From the NCBI GenBank assembly GCA_026392045.1, contig JAPLCU010000008.1:3867-67866 (forward strand): a stretch of DNA of 64,000 nt. Reading direction: 5' to 3'. The notes beneath the pieces were generated by a model. That model was not told the origin of the DNA and ran no database searches. It saw nothing but the letters and a program-made list of their open reading frames with translations. Below, piece after piece: positions 35,843 to 44,476 of the stretch; positions within the stretch are counted from its first letter, which is position 1, and every line of letters starts with the position of its first letter. The position numbers and the translations under genes were made by a program. The stretch is from Armatimonadota bacterium. GTDB taxonomy: Bacteria > Armatimonadota > UBA5829.

Positions 35843-38800
35843 CTATACAATCGGAAACCCGCCATGCCCCAATATCGACTCATCAATCAGCCCCATAAGC
35901 CGAATCGTATCGCCAAGCGCGGCTGCTGTGCGTCTGTAGTGCTCAAGGTCATCGTGGCCGAGGGTGCGGCCTTTGCGGTCTTTGAGCCACTTCTGGCACA
36001 CCTGATACCCGCCGATGTGGAACTCCCACACTTCCGGCGGCACCCCATCAAAAAACTGCGCCTTGTTTATCCACACGCGCCCTCCGGCTCCCTCTCCTGG
36101 GGGAGAGGGTTGGGGTGAGGGCGCAACCTCTGGCTCATACCGCACTTCCTCCACAATATCCGAGCCGCTTTCAGGGTACCCGGGCAGGTTTGCGCCTGTT
36201 GCGTCCATCAGATGCAGCGAAACCAGCTCATCGCCCAGCGCGCAAAGCTCGCGGAAGAGGTCTGCGCTGCTTGTCAACGGCAGACGCGGGAAGTCTATTT
36301 TCAAAAACTCGGCGTATCGCTTGCGGTAGGTTGGCGAGTGGAAGACGGCGTACATATACGCGAAAATGTCCTCCGGGCCGAAAGTGGACACGCGGTCGCC
36401 CTTGCCGTCCGAAACAAAGTCCAAACCAAGCTTTTCAGAGAATTCTTTTATAAACTCAGGCGCAAGGTTCGGGCGGCGTCCGCCAGGGGCGTCTGTGGGT
36501 TTCTCCGTGTCGAATTGGATTGATGGGTAGAGGTAGAGGGGTGCTATACTCATAATGCCCTTGTTGCTGTAAAACGCGCGGTTGTCTACCAAAACCGACG
36601 TAGCCAGGAAATGTGTGTAACACTCACTAAGTGCCACTTGCCGCATAAAGACCAGTCCAATGTTGCGACCAAAAAACATATGTCGCATGACATCTTGGCG
36701 ATTCCGCGTTACGACTGACTTATCATATGTGATGCATCTAGTATCAAATGGGCGGTACAGAATATCCTTAATCACCGAACGCGGCAACCTGTGGTTATTA
36801 GCCAGAACGGTAGCTTCTTCAGCGGAGAACGCTATTGTTCTGGCGTCCTGACCGGTGACTACTCCCACATTATTAACTGGCAAAGCATGAGTAAGATTCC
36901 AGTATTCTTCATACTCCACTCTAAGTGTGTCATCTCGCGGCACAAAGAAATAATACGGCTTCGACGGGCTTATCTCTGTCCATTGCGTATCAGCAACAGC
37001 CTTCTCCGAAAGCCACTTATACTTACCAGCTCTATCACCCCAAAGCTCCGCATGCCGCACTTTGCACTGATCTGGCGAGCCTTCATCTCGCTTTACGAAG
37101 ATTCCTATAGCAACGCCCTGCTGAATATCAAAAACATTCTTATCAGGCGAGCCGTCCGGCGCTTTTTCTTTCTTCTTGCTATTGCCGTGCAAATCGAGCA
37201 GCCAGATATCATCAAATGTATCCATCAGACTCTTGCGCATCCCCCTGAATGTGGGGTTGTCCAAATAACCGTGATTGGTGATGAATGCCAACACGCCATG
37301 ACCGGTGCGTTCTATGCGCCACTGGGCGAATCGAATGAACTTCACATAGTCATCCTGCAGCCATTTTGGGTTTTTTTCGCCCAGCGGTTTGCCATCTACA
37401 TAGTAATAATCTTGTATCAGCTTGCCGATGAATGTGGCTGTTTTCTTTTTGTTTTCATTTATGTACCAACTTCGATTCACTGAATGGCCTGAATACGGCG
37501 GATTTCCGAGCACCACCATCACGGGAGCGTCCATCTTTACTCGGCTTGCCTCGTTTGCTTCTTCAACCACCCACTGAGCAAAGAGATTTACCCCCGCGAA
37601 CTTCTCGGCTTCCTCCAGCGTGTTAGTAAGATAAACCCCAAGCCGCTCCTCACCTGCAAAATCATAACCGGATTGCGCAAGCTGCAGGCCGAGCTTCATA
37701 TGCGTAACTGCATAAGGGGCCATCAGCAGCTCAAAACCAAACACTCTCGGCAGCAAATGCTCATGCACATAGCTTGACCACATCCCCTGCTTGCCCATGA
37801 ATGACTCGTGAATCAGATCCACCACGCCATGCAGAAACGTGCCGGTGCCTGTAGCGGGGTCCAATATCTGCACCTTATGGACCTGCTTCTCGCCATCTTT
37901 GGTTTTCACGGTAACTTTGCTGGAATCCGCAAGGCCATCGCTCAAGCCAAAATCTTTTTTGAGAATATGGTCCACACTGCGCACTATATAAGAGACAACA
38001 GGCTCCGGCGTATAGTAAACGCCGCGAGTTTCGCGCAATTTCGGGTCATAAGCAGCCAAAAAGGTCTCATAAAAGTGCACAACCGGGTCTTCCAGCCGCG
38101 TTCGCTTGCCGAAACCCGTGAGAATAGCTTCCATATCTGCATGCGCAAGCAGGTTCGCCACATCATCGACCGCCCATGCGATTCGATCATCCAGGCTATA
38201 ACCCGCTATTTCCTGAAACATCTTGCGCAGAAACGGGTTTGTCTTAGGCAGATCATAGGCAGCGTGTTCGCGAGTGAAGTTTGCTCCATCTTTCGTATTG
38301 CACCGCGCGGCGAAGAGGCCATAGCAGATGGTTTGCGCATACATATCGGCAAATTGTTCTTCTTTGAGGTCATGAAGAAGGGTCTTGCGGAAGCCGTCCA
38401 TTTGGTCATGCAGCGATCCGGTTTTGTCTTCATCAGTAAGGGCCTTGGTAGTGACATCGCGAATCAGGCGCGCAAGATGAGCCATGCGCTGTGCCAGTTC
38501 CTTGGGGCTGCCAACCGTAGGCGTCTGAGTCACCAGAAACTCGCTTAAAAGCTCGCGAACTTTCTCAATGCCCTCTTTGTCTTCTTTAAGCTTGCCATGC
38601 GAATCCACCCTGCCAAGACGAGCCGTCAGCCGATGCTCCCCGCCGACATACCAGCGAAACTCCAGATAATCGGTAAGAATCAAATTGCCGAGGCTTTCAC
38701 GGTAGCGGCGCAGTTGGTCGGTTTTCTCGACCTTGTCCAGAATCTCATCCACATTCTTCGTCTCAATATAACCGATAGGCACGCGCCTGGCGGTAATGAC

Positions 38801-38989
38801 GAAATCCGGCGCGCCGCAAGCATGGCGCTTGGGCTCGTTTGTGGCAGTAATTCCGCTCTTGAGGCCTTCTACAAGAGATTGCAACGCGGCGCGGTAAGTA
38901 TGCTCGGTGGCATTACCCGCTGCCAGCGCTGATCTGATTTTACTTATATACTGGGCTATTAGTGGCATACTGTTAAGATTATACAACAA
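35843..38989 (-). CDS. Single-polypeptide Type IIG/IIL-like restriction-modification enzyme (PD-ExK nuclease + N6-adenine methyltransferase + Type-ISP/YeeA-like C-terminal specificity domain)
   Basis: N-terminal GAPDFVI and GYIETK (PD..ExK). ILDPATGTGTFL (motif I) and VLGNPPYSG (NPPY motif IV). C-terminal FHSPTYRKRYAEFLKIDFPRLP and GGYQVCQKWLKDRKGR. No helicase domain. Confidence 0.8.
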   Translation of the reverse strand: MLYNLNSMPLIAQYISKIRSALAAGNATEHTYRAALQSLVEGLKSGITATNEPKRHACGAPDFVITARRVPIGYIETKNVDEILDKVEKTDQLRRYRESLGNLILTDYLEFRWYVGGEHRLTARLGRVDSHGKLKEDKEGIEKVRELLSEFLVTQTPTVGSPKELAQRMAHLARLIRDVTTKALTDEDKTGSLHDQMDGFRKTLLHDLKEEQFADMYAQTICYGLFAARCNTKDGANFTREHAAYDLPKTNPFLRKMFQEIAGYSLDDRIAWAVDDVANLLAHADMEAILTGFGKRTRLEDPVVHFYETFLAAYDPKLRETRGVYYTPEPVVSYIVRSVDHILKKDFGLSDGLADSSKVTVKTKDGEKQVHKVQILDPATGTGTFLHGVVDLIHESFMGKQGMWSSYVHEHLLPRVFGFELLMAPYAVTHMKLGLQLAQSGYDFAGEERLGVYLTNTLEEAEKFAGVNLFAQWVVEEANEASRVKMDAPVMVVLGNPPYSGHSVNRSWYINENKKKTATFIGKLIQDYYYVDGKPLGEKNPKWLQDDYVKFIRFAQWRIERTGHGVLAFITNHGYLDNPTFRGMRKSLMDTFDDIWLLDLHGNSKKKEKAPDGSPDKNVFDIQQGVAIGIFVKRDEGSPDQCKVRHAELWGDRAGKYKWLSEKAVADTQWTEISPSKPYYFFVPRDDTLRVEYEEYWNLTHALPVNNVGVVTGQDARTIAFSAEEATVLANNHRLPRSVIKDILYRPFDTRCITYDKSVVTRNRQDVMRHMFFGRNIGLVFMRQVALSECYTHFLATSVLVDNRAFYSNKGIMSIAPLYLYPSIQFDTEKPTDAPGGRRPNLAPEFIKEFSEKLGLDFVSDGKGDRVSTFGPEDIFAYMYAVFHSPTYRKRYAEFLKIDFPRLPLTSSADLFRELCALGDELVSLHLMDATGANLPGYPESGSDIVEEVRYEPEVAPSPQPSPPGEGAGGRVWINKAQFFDGVPPEVWEFHIGGYQVCQKWLKDRKGRTLGHDDLEHYRRTAAALGDTIRLMGLIDESILGHGGFPIV
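36070..36125. repeat. Palindromic REP-like element embedded in-frame in the Type IIG CDS
   Basis: Contains CCCTCTCC-TGGG-GGAGAGGG followed by TTGGGGTGAGGGC. It encodes PEVAPSPQPSPPGEGAGG between the conserved VRYE and RVWIN blocks. Confidence 0.75.
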
Positions 38990-39179
38990 TGGTCTGATTT
39001 CCTTCGTTTCAGTATGCTGATGTAATGAAGTTTGATGAATTTTGCTGCGTTATTGGTCATCGACATTCCCAGCATACTACAGTTTACGTAAGAAGGCTGG
39101 GCTTCGGGACGAAAAACAGTCCCGAAGCATATCAATCCCATGACCCAAGTTAGTTTAGGCTCATTTATGCATATTGGTA

Positions 39180-39207
39180 TTGACAATCGCCAAATATAGG
39201 ATATCAT
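39180..39207 (+). promoter_or_regulatory. Candidate sigma-70-type promoter for 39261-43436
   Basis: TTGACA-N16-TATCAT about 55 nt upstream of the ATG. Confidence 0.4.
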
Positions 39208-39260
39208 ACAAGTAGAGGGGCTGCTTGCCTTTTATAATTTCATTCATAGAGGAGAAAAAA

Positions 39261-42200
39261 ATGAGACGATTATTGAAGTGGAACATTGCTGGTTGGAGTT
39301 TTTTTTGCACATTTTTATTTATTATTGCTTTGAGCTGCGGCGCTTGGGGGAATACAATACTGAGCAATGGAATAATAACCGCTGAGTTCGATTCGAAGGC
39401 GCTGATTCGTATAACGGATAGCGCGACCAGCCAGACCATCAACTTCACCGGAGTTAGCAGCTCAATCACAGTTGACAGCACAGCGCTCAATACGGCAACT
39501 CTGACCCCCGCGAGCACAAGCATCGTGCCGAACTACTCGATAACTTACACCTACAATGTCGGAAGCCGGCAGTTGCAGGTTGTCTACACGCTCAATTCGG
39601 GCTGGCGGTTTGTGTGCGCCCAGATGTTTTTGACTATCCCGTCCGGCGTGACATCGCGCGTGAACTCGGTCGTGTCATTCACGGGCAGCGTAACGAACGC
39701 GATCTACAGCGTAATCCAGGGCCAGGGCGCACAGGCTGCGTATACGGGTACGACCTTCTTGCGGTTCTCAAATGGCTCGGCAGAGAACGGCTATGGCATG
39801 TTCGCGCTGGTCCAGAACCCGTATGTTGCGTGGACGAAGAGCGGGCAGGTTATAACGTTGTCCTACACTCCCAACATGGACTGGAAATCGACTTACGGCG
39901 CATTCCCAACCGACCGCTGCTGCATTGGGCCTTACGCTCTCTCAGGCACAAAGTTCCCTGCAATAATGGTGGCTGAATATGTCTATCTGGCTACCGACCC
40001 CGCTAAAAATGGTTTCGATTGGTCCGAGGTCGACTCGGTGCGTCAGTGTATGAAGTCTTTCCTGCTCGTAAACCCACAGAAGAGCACTCGTATTCACGTT
40101 CTGTGGAATGAAGCCGTACATATGTATAACGATGCAGCAACACCGGAAGGGCGAGTTGCCTACAAACGCGCTATCGATCGGGCAAAAGAATTTGGCTGCG
40201 ATTACGTGCTTTACATTACTACAAACAACGCTGTATCCACCAACTCACCAGCTTATAACGCAGACTTATGGCAAGCCGAGTATTGCCTCTGGTTCAGCAT
40301 GGGGCAACAAATACGAAATGGTCTTTGGGACCCGATCACCGGCCCCATTCCATCGTCAATACAGGAAATGCTGGACTATGCGGCTTCCAAGAATGTGAAG
40401 CTGGTTGCTTATGTTTATCCATCAATGCCATGGCAGAACCCCGAGTGGACCAACACTAACGGTTGGGCGGATTCGGGTGTGCGCAGCTTCCAGGACTGGC
40501 TCGTAAACAATCTTGTTGGCTTCTACAACCATACTGGAGCGGGCGGTTACTGCTTCGACCATTGGTGGGTAGACATGGGCGACGCCGGATGCACCAGCGT
40601 GTATGCTCAGTTTTTCGGCACTCGCCGCATTCTCGAAACCACCAAGCAGCAGCTTCCCGAAGCTGTAATCGATGGCCGCCAGACGTATTGCTGGTATGGG
40701 CCGTGGTGGTGGCTCGCCGGTACTTATCCCCATCCACTTAATGATGACGAAGGCTCAGGCAGTTGGAGATCGTTTTCAGATTTGCACGTCGATAGATGCT
40801 ATGCAGCGAGGCACCGATATAAGTGGTTCTGGCATGTGGTGGACCAGTTCGCGCCCATAGAGCTTGCGCCGGGCTTTATAACTCACGCTGGCACTCGCAC
40901 TGAATCAGGTGGTCTCATCATACCCAACCCGCACGACTGGGATTATATGGGCTGGAAATACAACTTGCTCTCGACAGTTGGCACGGCGCCGTTCAACCTG
41001 GGCGTCAACTACATTCCCGTATTGGATCAGACCGAGTATGACGCGATTAGCCAGGCGGACAAAGATTGGTTCAACTATTGGATGGATTGGGCTGAGGATC
41101 ATTTGGAGTATTTCCGCAATGCCAGGCCGATTATCAGCCAGATTATGATAGGTAAAGTTGATGGGTCTGCTGCGTTTATCGGCGATCACGGCTATATTTT
41201 TCTCTATAACCCGAACTATCGCAAGATATCGGGCGATTTCAAGCTGGATAAGTCTATTGGGCTCAATAGTGGCACTAAGTTCTTGATACAGCAACTGGAG
41301 CCGCAATCCGGCAAGTTCATTGGCAAGCCTGGGACTGGCCTTTGGAACTATGGCGATACCGTGAGCATACCTGTTCCCGGCACAAGCGCGATGGTCTTTG
41401 AGGTGCTTCCGGCATCGTCCATCACCGCGCCCACGCTCCTGAACATGCAGGGCAGCGCGGCCATGTGGGGCACTGCGCTTCAAATCACTAATGCGACCGG
41501 CGAAGTCGGCGCATTCGAGGACTTCATCGCGGCGGTGCCGACGGGAACAGTTGTAAACTCAGTCACGGTCAACGGCCGCCAAGTCAATGCTACTCGAAAC
41601 GGCGATACGCTTATTGGCAAGGTTAAGTTTGCGGGAGAGAAGTTTGGCATAGACCAGCAGATCGGCGCTTATGATGCAAAATTCGCCACCACCACTTACC
41701 GGGGCAGTTTCAGGATTCCTCAGAGGATAAAAGACCAACTACAGAACAGGCGCAACGCTTTGCCGGTCACTTTCACTACGGAAGATCTGTATGCCGCCTG
41801 GACTGCGCCGTATAGGCAATTGATATTCATTCATATAGCCGATGCATGGCCGACCATGGCTGTGACCGCTAAGATCAACGGGGTATCGGTGACGGTCAAT
41901 AAGGGTTATAACGGCAGCTATGTGCCTGCGGGCGACTATATGTTCCAAGGGTATTATATTGACGGTTCCAATCTCCTGGCGGACACGCCTTATCAGATTG
42001 AGATCACGCTGCCCACAATGGCTGCGGGGCGGTTCCAGGGGCTCTTTTTTGAGAATATCGAGACCGAATACACGCAGAGCGTGGCAGTGAGCCAGATTCC
42101 CACAGGAGCGCTTGTCGATATGGATGCTTCGAAGCTGCCGCTCGGCGCTATTACTACATGGGCTAATGCGGGTGCGCTCGCAGGCAGTTTCGGCAACGAC

Positions 42201-43436
42201 ACCACCAACCCGCAAGTGACATTCCTTGCAGGCAGAAGGTGCGTGACATTCAGCGGCTCAAATCGTATGAAAAGCACATTCCTAAGCCCGAGCACGATCA
42301 CAACCAACGGCAAATACACGGTATCGATGTGGGCGTATAACCCGAGTATCGCGACCAACGAATGCATGCTTACCTGGTCACACACCGGCGGCGCATCCGG
42401 CACAAACGCACAGGTCAATTACGGCTCTTCGACGACCAGCGGAGCCACAGCTCACGGCAGCACAAGCGACGCAAGCGGCATGCCATACAGCGGCGGCGCG
42501 CCTGCGGCGGCAAAATGGCATCATATAGCGGTCACTTTCGATGGCGCAGTCGAGAGTGTCTACGTGGATGGCTTGCTGAACGCCACTGAGGCCAAGACGC
42601 TTTCGATATTCACGACCGACTACTTCTATATCGCCTGCGCCAACGCGCCAGCTAACTACTTCAGCGGCTCGATTGCCTCTGCGCAGGTCTTTGACTCGGC
42701 GCTTGCTGCTGATGAAATAGCGCTGCTGGCGGCGGGCCAGGCTGGCGCTACCGTGGCCGAAGCCCGGAAACTGGATAACGACAAGATAGTGACTCTAACT
42801 GCCAAGCCCGTAACCTGCGCGCCGCGCAACACATCCAATGTGCGAACCACGACCTACTTCTATGTGGAAGAGCCGAACAGGTCCGCAGGCATTCGTGTGC
42901 AGGATGGCGCGACCGGTCAGGACAGCGTGACCGCTGGCACGTGTGTGACGGTCACCGGCGTTATGAAGACCATACCCAGCACGGGCGAGCGATATATCGA
43001 GCTCAGCGCGTCTGCGTATAACGAGACTGGCGCGGCGGTCAAGCCCGTTTTTGTTACCTCGAAATCCGTTCACACGGATGCGAAATTGGCAGCGGAACTG
43101 GTTAAGGTTTCGGGAATAGTGAAGCAAATCGATCCGAGCGGCAAGTGGTTCACAATTTCTGACGGCTACGCTTCGGGCGGGGTCGAGGTCAGGACGAAGA
43201 TACTGGTTGAAGGCAACTTCGCCACTGGCAGCCTCATCGCGGGCAACCGAGTAGTGGTGACGGGTGTGGTTGGAAGTGAAGTTGGAGCCCGCCTGGTCAT
43301 CGCCCAAAATATTGGGGCGCTAGGTGTAACGGGAAATTGTGCTATAATGCTGCACAGCAAGCCTGCATCCAAATGCTTGTTGCTTCGGATGCATGCAACC
43401 GAAGCCGACACCGCAGGTGTCGAGTCCCTTCCCTGA
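39261..43436 (+). CDS. Secreted ~1390-aa protein: possible TIM-barrel glycosidase-like core, LamG domain, two C-terminal OB-like modules
   Basis: Start at MRRLLKWNIAGWSFF (GAGGAG RBS). The LamG block WHHIAVTFDGAVESVYVDGLLNATE ... FSGSIASAQVFDSAL is homologous to LamG-1 of 16195-18990. The C-terminus contains VKVSGIVKQIDPSGKWFTISDGY...VVVTGVV. The glycosidase guess is weak. Confidence 0.7.
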   Translation: MRRLLKWNIAGWSFFCTFLFIIALSCGAWGNTILSNGIITAEFDSKALIRITDSATSQTINFTGVSSSITVDSTALNTATLTPASTSIVPNYSITYTYNVGSRQLQVVYTLNSGWRFVCAQMFLTIPSGVTSRVNSVVSFTGSVTNAIYSVIQGQGAQAAYTGTTFLRFSNGSAENGYGMFALVQNPYVAWTKSGQVITLSYTPNMDWKSTYGAFPTDRCCIGPYALSGTKFPAIMVAEYVYLATDPAKNGFDWSEVDSVRQCMKSFLLVNPQKSTRIHVLWNEAVHMYNDAATPEGRVAYKRAIDRAKEFGCDYVLYITTNNAVSTNSPAYNADLWQAEYCLWFSMGQQIRNGLWDPITGPIPSSIQEMLDYAASKNVKLVAYVYPSMPWQNPEWTNTNGWADSGVRSFQDWLVNNLVGFYNHTGAGGYCFDHWWVDMGDAGCTSVYAQFFGTRRILETTKQQLPEAVIDGRQTYCWYGPWWWLAGTYPHPLNDDEGSGSWRSFSDLHVDRCYAARHRYKWFWHVVDQFAPIELAPGFITHAGTRTESGGLIIPNPHDWDYMGWKYNLLSTVGTAPFNLGVNYIPVLDQTEYDAISQADKDWFNYWMDWAEDHLEYFRNARPIISQIMIGKVDGSAAFIGDHGYIFLYNPNYRKISGDFKLDKSIGLNSGTKFLIQQLEPQSGKFIGKPGTGLWNYGDTVSIPVPGTSAMVFEVLPASSITAPTLLNMQGSAAMWGTALQITNATGEVGAFEDFIAAVPTGTVVNSVTVNGRQVNATRNGDTLIGKVKFAGEKFGIDQQIGAYDAKFATTTYRGSFRIPQRIKDQLQNRRNALPVTFTTEDLYAAWTAPYRQLIFIHIADAWPTMAVTAKINGVSVTVNKGYNGSYVPAGDYMFQGYYIDGSNLLADTPYQIEITLPTMAAGRFQGLFFENIETEYTQSVAVSQIPTGALVDMDASKLPLGAITTWANAGALAGSFGNDTTNPQVTFLAGRRCVTFSGSNRMKSTFLSPSTITTNGKYTVSMWAYNPSIATNECMLTWSHTGGASGTNAQVNYGSSTTSGATAHGSTSDASGMPYSGGAPAAAKWHHIAVTFDGAVESVYVDGLLNATEAKTLSIFTTDYFYIACANAPANYFSGSIASAQVFDSALAADEIALLAAGQAGATVAEARKLDNDKIVTLTAKPVTCAPRNTSNVRTTTYFYVEEPNRSAGIRVQDGATGQDSVTAGTCVTVTGVMKTIPSTGERYIELSASAYNETGAAVKPVFVTSKSVHTDAKLAAELVKVSGIVKQIDPSGKWFTISDGYASGGVEVRTKILVEGNFATGSLIAGNRVVVTGVVGSEVGARLVIAQNIGALGVTGNCAIMLHSKPASKCLLLRMHATEADTAGVESLP

Positions 43437-43472
43437 CTCTGGATTCCTGCCATATATTGATGAGGTCAAGAA

Positions 43473-44396
43473 TTGAGTAAGCGAATAAGAATTGTAGTTT
43501 GTTCCATTGTTGCATTGTCGGTGGTGGCTTTGTGCCTGGTGGGTTGCGCATCGTCCAAGCCGCCCTCTAAATCAATGCTAAAGATACAGATGATTTCCAT
43601 CCCAGCAGGTTCTTTTCTGATGGGCAACTCAGGTGTTGGCAATGACAAAAAGTATTCAAACCCGACTGAACTACCTAAACACTCGGTAACTCTTTCAGCC
43701 TACTCCATAGGCAAATATGAGGTCACGCGTGGTCAATACAAGCAGTTTATAAAAGCAGGCGGCTACTCCAATAAATCCTACTGGTCAAACGAGGGCTGGA
43801 AATGGAAAATATCGAAGAAACGCACCGAGCCGGAAAGCTGGGCTGCTAAGCAGACTTGGGGAAAACAAACATTTACCCAGACAGATAACCACCCCGTAGT
43901 TAGCGTTTGCTATTATGAAGCGGAAGCTTTCTGTAATTGGGCTGGCGGTCATCTGCCTACTGAGGCTCAGTGGGAACGTGCAGCCAGATGGAATTCTAAA
44001 ACGAAACATGCCAATGTTTACCCTTGGGGTGATGTTTGGGATGCTGAAAAGTGCAATAACTTTGCTGATCATAACTCCGCTGGCGGAGGATATAAGCGTT
44101 ATCAGACTGCTCCAGTGGGCAGTTACCCGAGTGGTGCAAGTCCGTCTGGATGCCAGGATATGGCTGGCAATGTGTGGGAGTGGTGCAAGGACTGGTATGG
44201 AGACAAATATTATTCTAAAAGCCCAAAGAGCAACCCCCAGGGCCCTGCAAGTGGCAGCTTTCGTTTCGTGCGGGGCGGTGGTTGGTGCGGCAGCTACGGC
44301 GGCCTCGACGTCGACAGCGTCCGGTGCGCCTGCCGCAGCATCTACGGCGTCCCGAGCTACGGTAACGGCGGCGTCGGGTTCCGTTTAGTCCGCTAG
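43473..44396 (+). CDS. FGE-sulfatase (SUMF1/C-type-lectin fold) lipoprotein with a DGR-VR-like C-terminus
   Basis: TTG start and lipobox LVGCASS. GKYEVTRGQYKQFI, NHPVVSVCYYEAEAFCNWAGGHLPTEAQWERAARW, GNVWEWCKDWY, RGGGW and GFRLVR are present. In the 3' tail, 27 of 30 codons end in C. Confidence 0.85.
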   Translation: MSKRIRIVVCSIVALSVVALCLVGCASSKPPSKSMLKIQMISIPAGSFLMGNSGVGNDKKYSNPTELPKHSVTLSAYSIGKYEVTRGQYKQFIKAGGYSNKSYWSNEGWKWKISKKRTEPESWAAKQTWGKQTFTQTDNHPVVSVCYYEAEAFCNWAGGHLPTEAQWERAARWNSKTKHANVYPWGDVWDAEKCNNFADHNSAGGGYKRYQTAPVGSYPSGASPSGCQDMAGNVWEWCKDWYGDKYYSKSPKSNPQGPASGSFRFVRGGGWCGSYGGLDVDSVRCACRSIYGVPSYGNGGVGFRLVR

Positions 44397-44416
44397 TCTC
44401 GCCCTTTGCACTGAAT

Positions 44417-44450
44417 CGCGAATGGAGCGAATATGCGCTGATTTCGCGAA
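44417..44450 (+). repeat. Leader stem-loop module L, copy 2
   Basis: CGCGAATGGAGCGAATATGCGCTGATTTCGCGAAA, 27 nt upstream of the ATG at 44477. Confidence 0.75.
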
Positions 44451-44476
44451 AGGGGGAAATCCTCACAGGTGACCAT

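Noticed and set aside
43915-44466. ORFs 43915-44388 (+) and 44215-44466 (-) overlapping the tail of the FGE-sulfatase gene
   Set aside because: They are open only because of the GC-rich, stop-poor NNC-codon run. The translations are Ala/Arg homopolymer-like. They are artefacts of the compositional shift.
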